A DNA stretch of 64,000 nt, from NCBI GenBank assembly GCA_039024555.1, contig JBCCQQ010000002.1, positions 1 to 64,000 of the forward strand, written 5' to 3'. The translations under genes were made by a program, and so were the position numbers. Positions 59,941-64,000 of this stretch are shown here, in pieces. Source of the stretch: Cyanobacteria bacterium P01_D01_bin.156 (GTDB lineage: Bacteria; Cyanobacteriota; Cyanobacteriia; Phormidesmidales; Phormidesmidaceae). The notes beneath the pieces are model-generated. The model searched no databases. It was given only the letters and a program-made list of their open reading frames with translations, and had not been told where the DNA came from. Position 1 is the stretch's first letter, and each line of letters begins with the position of its first letter.

Positions 59941-61353
59941 ATGATCTATCTATCTAGCGGCAATCTGCTGTCAAGCAATGCCGTACCGTTGTTAGCAGAA
60001 GTCAATGAAGCTGAGTTAGGACCCTTGGTTCTAGCCAGCGTCTTACTTAGCCTGATTGTCATCTATCTAGCCGCCAAGCTCGGTGGAGAGCTTTGTGCTC
60101 GGGTAAACTTGCCATCAGTTTTAGGTGAACTTGTAGGCGGTGTACTAGTCGGTGTATCGGCCCTCAATTTGATTGTGTTTCCAGAAGGAGCCGAGCCTGT
60201 CCACTCACTGCTCATGGACTTTGTTCAGTTAACGGCCCATCTGGATGTAGAAGCCTTAGACATAGTTTTTGCCAGCCAAAGTGAGGTCGTCTCTGTTCTG
60301 GCCGAAATTGGCGTTGTCATCCTGCTATTCGAAATTGGCCTAGAATCAGACCTAAAAGAATTAATTCGGGTGGGACCTCAGGCCGCTGTGGTTGCCGTAG
60401 TTGGTGTTGTGGTCCCATTTGTAGCAGGGACAGGCGGACTGATTGCATTTTTTAACGTGGCAACGATTCCAGCTGTATTCGCTGGGGCAGCCCTTACCGC
60501 TACTAGCATTGGCATCACCGCTAAGGTCTTAGCAGAGATGCAAACCCTGAGTTCCAGGGAAGGCCAAATTATTATCGGCGCAGCTGTACTGGATGACGTG
60601 CTTGGCATCATTGTCCTAGCCGTTGTCGCCAGCCTCGCTAAAACCGGTGAAATTGAAATTACCAACGTTATTTTTCTAATTATTGGAGCAGCTGTTTTCT
60701 TAGTGGGCTCTATTTTAGTAGGCCGCCTGTTGAGTCCATTCTTTGTGACAGTTGTGGATCAAATGCAAACCCGTGGTCAAGTACTGATTAGTTCTTTGAT
60801 CTTTGCCTTTGTGCTGTCCTACATTGCTGCGGCCATTCAGCTTGAAGCCATCTTAGGGGCATTTGCCGCTGGCTTGATTTTGGCAGAAACCACTAAACGC
60901 AAAGAACTGGAAGAGCAAATCAGTCCTATCGCGGATATGTTGGTCCCCGTCTTCTTTGTTACAGTCGGTGCCCACACTGATATCAGTGTGCTTAATCCGC
61001 TTAATCCAGCTAACCGTGAAGGCTTAGTGATTGCCTCCTTCTTGGTAGTGGTCGCTATTCTTGGCAAGATTGTTACTGGATTTACCGTATTTGGCCAGGA
61101 AAAAGTCAATCGTCTTGCGATTGGCGTGGGCATGATTCCTCGAGGAGAAGTAGGTTTGGTCTTTGCCGGTGTCGGCGCGGCCAGCGGTGTTCTTTCCGAA
61201 TCTTTGGATGCGGCCATTATCGTTATGGTCATCTTCACCACATTCTTAGCGCCCCCTCTGCTGAGGGTTGTGTTTAACCAGGACGATAATGATCCTAATT
61301 GTCCAACAGATGTAGGTAGTTCACAGGAAATGGCCCAGGCATCTGCGGAATAA
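59941..61353 (+). CDS. Na+/H+ antiporter, CPA2 family (NhaS3-like)
   Basis: LFEIGLESD, ATSIGIT, AAVLDDVLG, GMIPRGEVG. Confidence 0.93.
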   Translation: MIYLSSGNLLSSNAVPLLAEVNEAELGPLVLASVLLSLIVIYLAAKLGGELCARVNLPSVLGELVGGVLVGVSALNLIVFPEGAEPVHSLLMDFVQLTAHLDVEALDIVFASQSEVVSVLAEIGVVILLFEIGLESDLKELIRVGPQAAVVAVVGVVVPFVAGTGGLIAFFNVATIPAVFAGAALTATSIGITAKVLAEMQTLSSREGQIIIGAAVLDDVLGIIVLAVVASLAKTGEIEITNVIFLIIGAAVFLVGSILVGRLLSPFFVTVVDQMQTRGQVLISSLIFAFVLSYIAAAIQLEAILGAFAAGLILAETTKRKELEEQISPIADMLVPVFFVTVGAHTDISVLNPLNPANREGLVIASFLVVVAILGKIVTGFTVFGQEKVNRLAIGVGMIPRGEVGLVFAGVGAASGVLSESLDAAIIVMVIFTTFLAPPLLRVVFNQDDNDPNCPTDVGSSQEMAQASAE

Positions 61354-61788
61354 CCAACTTCCATAGCGTTTGAGAATTCTGCTTGGACTAGTCAGCTCGC
61401 TCCATGGTCATCTATCTCTATCAGTTATGCGCCCTAGCTAGCAGCCGTTAGTAGGGCAATCTTGGTTAACCTTTTACCCAATAGCATCCGCTATGGCAAT
61501 CTTCAACCATCCCTGGCAACTATGACTGCCTTGGGGTGATACCGACATGGTGCTTGGCAAAAAATCAGATTTTCTGCAGGTTAATTAGATCAACAAGCAA
61601 TTGGACTAAATAAATTTATCGGATATATTTCGGGTGAACGCTGCTTAAAAGTCATCAGTGGTTCTATCAGAATTCATATGAACTTACGGATTCTGGCTTA
61701 AAAGTTTTGAATGAAACTAAAATTTGGCAAAACTTCCACTAAACTCTAGTCAGCGTAAAATACTTACCTTTAACAAGCGTCTTTCCTT

Positions 61789-62628
61789 ATGGCACAATTC
61801 CTGCAAATGCCCGTTCAGTCCGGCAAAATTGGCGTTTTTGACAGCGGTGTCGGAGGACTGACGGTACTACGGGAAATTATGGCCCATCTGCCATCTGAAT
61901 CTTTACTGTATTTTGGCGATACGGCCCGCGTTCCCTACGGTAATCGCACCCAAACAGAACTCCTGCAGTTTGTTCGAGAAATTATTACTTGGATGCAGGG
62001 ACAGGGCGTCAAAATGGTGGTAATGGCCTGTAATACGAGTTCTGCTTTAGCGTTGGAAACGGTTAGAGCTGAGTTTGATATACCAATTCTCGGAATTATT
62101 TTGCCAGGGGCACGGGCAGCCGCTAGAACTGGCAAGCGGATTGGTGTTATTTCTACCGTCGCCACAGCTCAAAGTAATGCTTACAAACAGGCCATTTTAG
62201 AAGCATCGCCAACAGCTAAGGTTTGGCAAATCGGATGTCCTGACTTTGTGCCCCTCATTGAAAAGGGCCGTATTCATGATCCCTACACTCTGGCAGTCGC
62301 TACGGATTATCTAAAGCCGCTAATGGCGGCGAATATCGATACTCTGGTCTATGGATGCACTCACTATCCACACCTGAACCCAATTATGCAAAAGATTTTG
62401 CCAGGTTCAATTCGGGTGATTAATCCGGCTAGGTCGTTAGTATCGGCTATGGCAAAGGAGCTAGATGTGTTGGGGTTGAGTCATAGTGGTCAAACCAAAC
62501 GACAAATTGACTTTTATGTCAGTGGTGATCCAGCCCAGTTTGCGGCAGTTTCTGGCCAGTGGATTGGGTTTAAGCCCAAGGTACAGGCAGTGAGCTTGTC
62601 GGTGTTAGAAGGACTTGCGATCGCATAG
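61789..62628 (+). CDS. murI: Glutamate racemase
   Basis: FDSGVGGL, PYG, ACNT, GCTHYP. Confidence 0.97.
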   Translation: MAQFLQMPVQSGKIGVFDSGVGGLTVLREIMAHLPSESLLYFGDTARVPYGNRTQTELLQFVREIITWMQGQGVKMVVMACNTSSALALETVRAEFDIPILGIILPGARAAARTGKRIGVISTVATAQSNAYKQAILEASPTAKVWQIGCPDFVPLIEKGRIHDPYTLAVATDYLKPLMAANIDTLVYGCTHYPHLNPIMQKILPGSIRVINPARSLVSAMAKELDVLGLSHSGQTKRQIDFYVSGDPAQFAAVSGQWIGFKPKVQAVSLSVLEGLAIA

Positions 62629-62647
62629 CAGGTTATTAGCAAGCAAA

Positions 62648-62687
62648 AAACATCTGATGTGGCGACTGGACGCCACATCAGATGTTT
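62648..62687. terminator. Bidirectional terminator between convergent genes
   Basis: AAACATCTGATGTGGCG/CGCCACATCAGATGTTT. Confidence 0.85.
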
Positions 62688-62707
62688 CAAAGGTTATGCA
62701 TAGAAAT

Positions 62708-63661
62708 CTAACTAGCTAATACCGCTAAAACCTTGTCATGGATTTCACCGTTGCTGACCACAACACCTTCGGTATCCACAAAGCGAGGTTCTTTGGAAAA
62801 GTCTAGGCTTTTACCATGCATATCAGTCACCTTGCCACCCGCTTCTTCAATGACTAGAACACCTGCCGCATGGTCCCAAATCTTCTCACGATAGCCGGGA
62901 TATTTGGGAGAAGGCAGGCGCAGATAAAGCACTGCATTACCGGATGCTACCGTACCGTACTTGGCTTGACTATCCATCCGAATCGCTTCGGTGGTGATGC
63001 CTGCCGCTTGAGCAATGCGGGAATGAAGCTCCTGATCGCTATGGGCTACACTCTCCACAAACCGAAAGTTGGCCGTATCCGAAGAGGAGGTCACAGCAAT
63101 CTTTTCAGGATTACTGCCATCCATATCCATCATCACGGCCCCTTCACCGCGAACAGCCACAAACATGACGCCAGAACGACCGTTGAGTTTAAGGGCGGGG
63201 CAGCCTAAAACACCTACCTTGAGATCACCCTCTTCCACCATGGCCAAGGCTACCGCATACTGATCGCCCCGTAGAAAGCCCTTGGTACCATCGATAGGGT
63301 CTAGGGTCCAATAGCGGGGACTAACATCACCATTACCCTGATCAATCCAGCCGGGAATTTGCTCATCCGTAGCATCCGGCAATACTGTTTTTACATAACT
63401 GGTCACTTGAGCAAGACGAGCAGCCATTTCAGGAGTTCGCAAGTCGTCTGCATCTTCTTCACCCACAATGGGATCGCTAGGAAACACTTCTTTGAGCATT
63501 TTACAAACGATAGCCTGAGCCCCAAAGTCAGCAACAGTAACAGGACTCTTATCAGATTTTTCAATCGCTTCGGGTACCATCTCAGCCCGTACTTTTTCAC
63601 AGATAGTAGCGGCAGCCTGGACAGCTGCGATCGCAATTTCTGTCTCTTTTTCGTAAGTCAT
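62708..63661 (-). CDS. 3'(2'),5'-bisphosphate nucleotidase (HAL2-like, inositol monophosphatase family)
   Basis: SPVTVADF, GEED, WTLDPIDGTKGF, DSQAKY, EKIWDHAAG. Confidence 0.93.
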   Translation of the reverse strand: MTYEKETEIAIAAVQAAATICEKVRAEMVPEAIEKSDKSPVTVADFGAQAIVCKMLKEVFPSDPIVGEEDADDLRTPEMAARLAQVTSYVKTVLPDATDEQIPGWIDQGNGDVSPRYWTLDPIDGTKGFLRGDQYAVALAMVEEGDLKVGVLGCPALKLNGRSGVMFVAVRGEGAVMMDMDGSNPEKIAVTSSSDTANFRFVESVAHSDQELHSRIAQAAGITTEAIRMDSQAKYGTVASGNAVLYLRLPSPKYPGYREKIWDHAAGVLVIEEAGGKVTDMHGKSLDFSKEPRFVDTEGVVVSNGEIHDKVLAVLAS

Positions 63662-63772
63662 AGTTAATTAATAATTAAGAATTAACATTAAGCAAATGGT
63701 TCTTGTACAGTCTACCGGACCATTTCCAACTACTCAGTAGTAAAGTCATAAATTTCTCTGGATTTGAGAAAT

Positions 63773-64000
63773 TTATGACTCACCGTGGGAGATCCAGGCG
63801 CGAGTACCAAAATATTGACAGCTCAAACTAGCTATCTCAGCAGCTCTTGATAAAGCTGATGTAAAGTTACCGGCCCAGTGGTAACAAAAAGCACCGTGAA
63901 AAATATCTCCTGCACCGAGGGTATCCGTAACAGAAATTAAGGGGATAGCTAGCTCACTTACGGTGTTGCGATCGCTGACAATAATAGGTCGTTCACCCCG
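63773..64000 (-). CDS. PfkB family sugar kinase, C-terminal part (truncated by the window end)
   Basis: My translation gives ...VTDTLGAGDIFHGAFCY...CQYFGTRAWISHGES*. Confidence 0.88.
   Translation of the reverse strand, partial: RGERPIIVSDRNTVSELAIPLISVTDTLGAGDIFHGAFCYHWAGNFTSALSRAAEIASLSCQYFGTRAWISHGES

Noticed and set aside
1..64000. Frequent GCGATCGC octamers
   Set aside because: Known cyanobacterial HIP1 sequence; used only as a taxonomic clue, and local gaps are too short to be significant alone

Overview
Cyanobacterial chromosome: about 30 HIP1 GCGATCGC octamers counted by eye, plus nblA, petN, crtW and carotenoid-protein genes. The ggtBCD-like transporter suggests a salt-tolerant strain (inference). 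Layout: (1) 0.2-10 kb, a decayed MATE gene followed by a photoprotection cluster (nblA, two Cys-less rhodanese paralogues, HCP + CTDH, crtW, NblB-like HEAT protein, M50 protease) carrying six HLR1/RpaB-type direct repeats. (2) An RND pump with a PsrA-like TetR and visible operators, a REC-GGDEF cyclase, and a tRNA-Arg(CCU) interrupted by a 203-nt Azoarcus-like group I intron. (3) Mostly housekeeping genes (ggtBCD, terC, clpP, petN, rsmB, malic enzyme, tenA) plus several unusual fusions: APC permease-histidine kinase, SRPBCC with a Tyr/Gly/Asp/Arg/Gln low-complexity tail, PlsY-like domain fused to a PEP-utilising dikinase, and an ATPase next to a TPR-STAND-WD40 protein. (4) An AT-richer unannotated island at 52.4-56.6 kb with two paralogue pairs, a LuxR-type regulator, a repeated palindromic box and a hairpin-flanked, apparently highly expressed mRNA. 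This island is the best candidate for an undescribed system. (5) rplU-rpmA, SGNH lipase, Nit amidase, NhaS3-like antiporter, murI, bisphosphate nucleotidase and a partial PfkB kinase. All family calls come from motif recognition by eye; no database searches were run.
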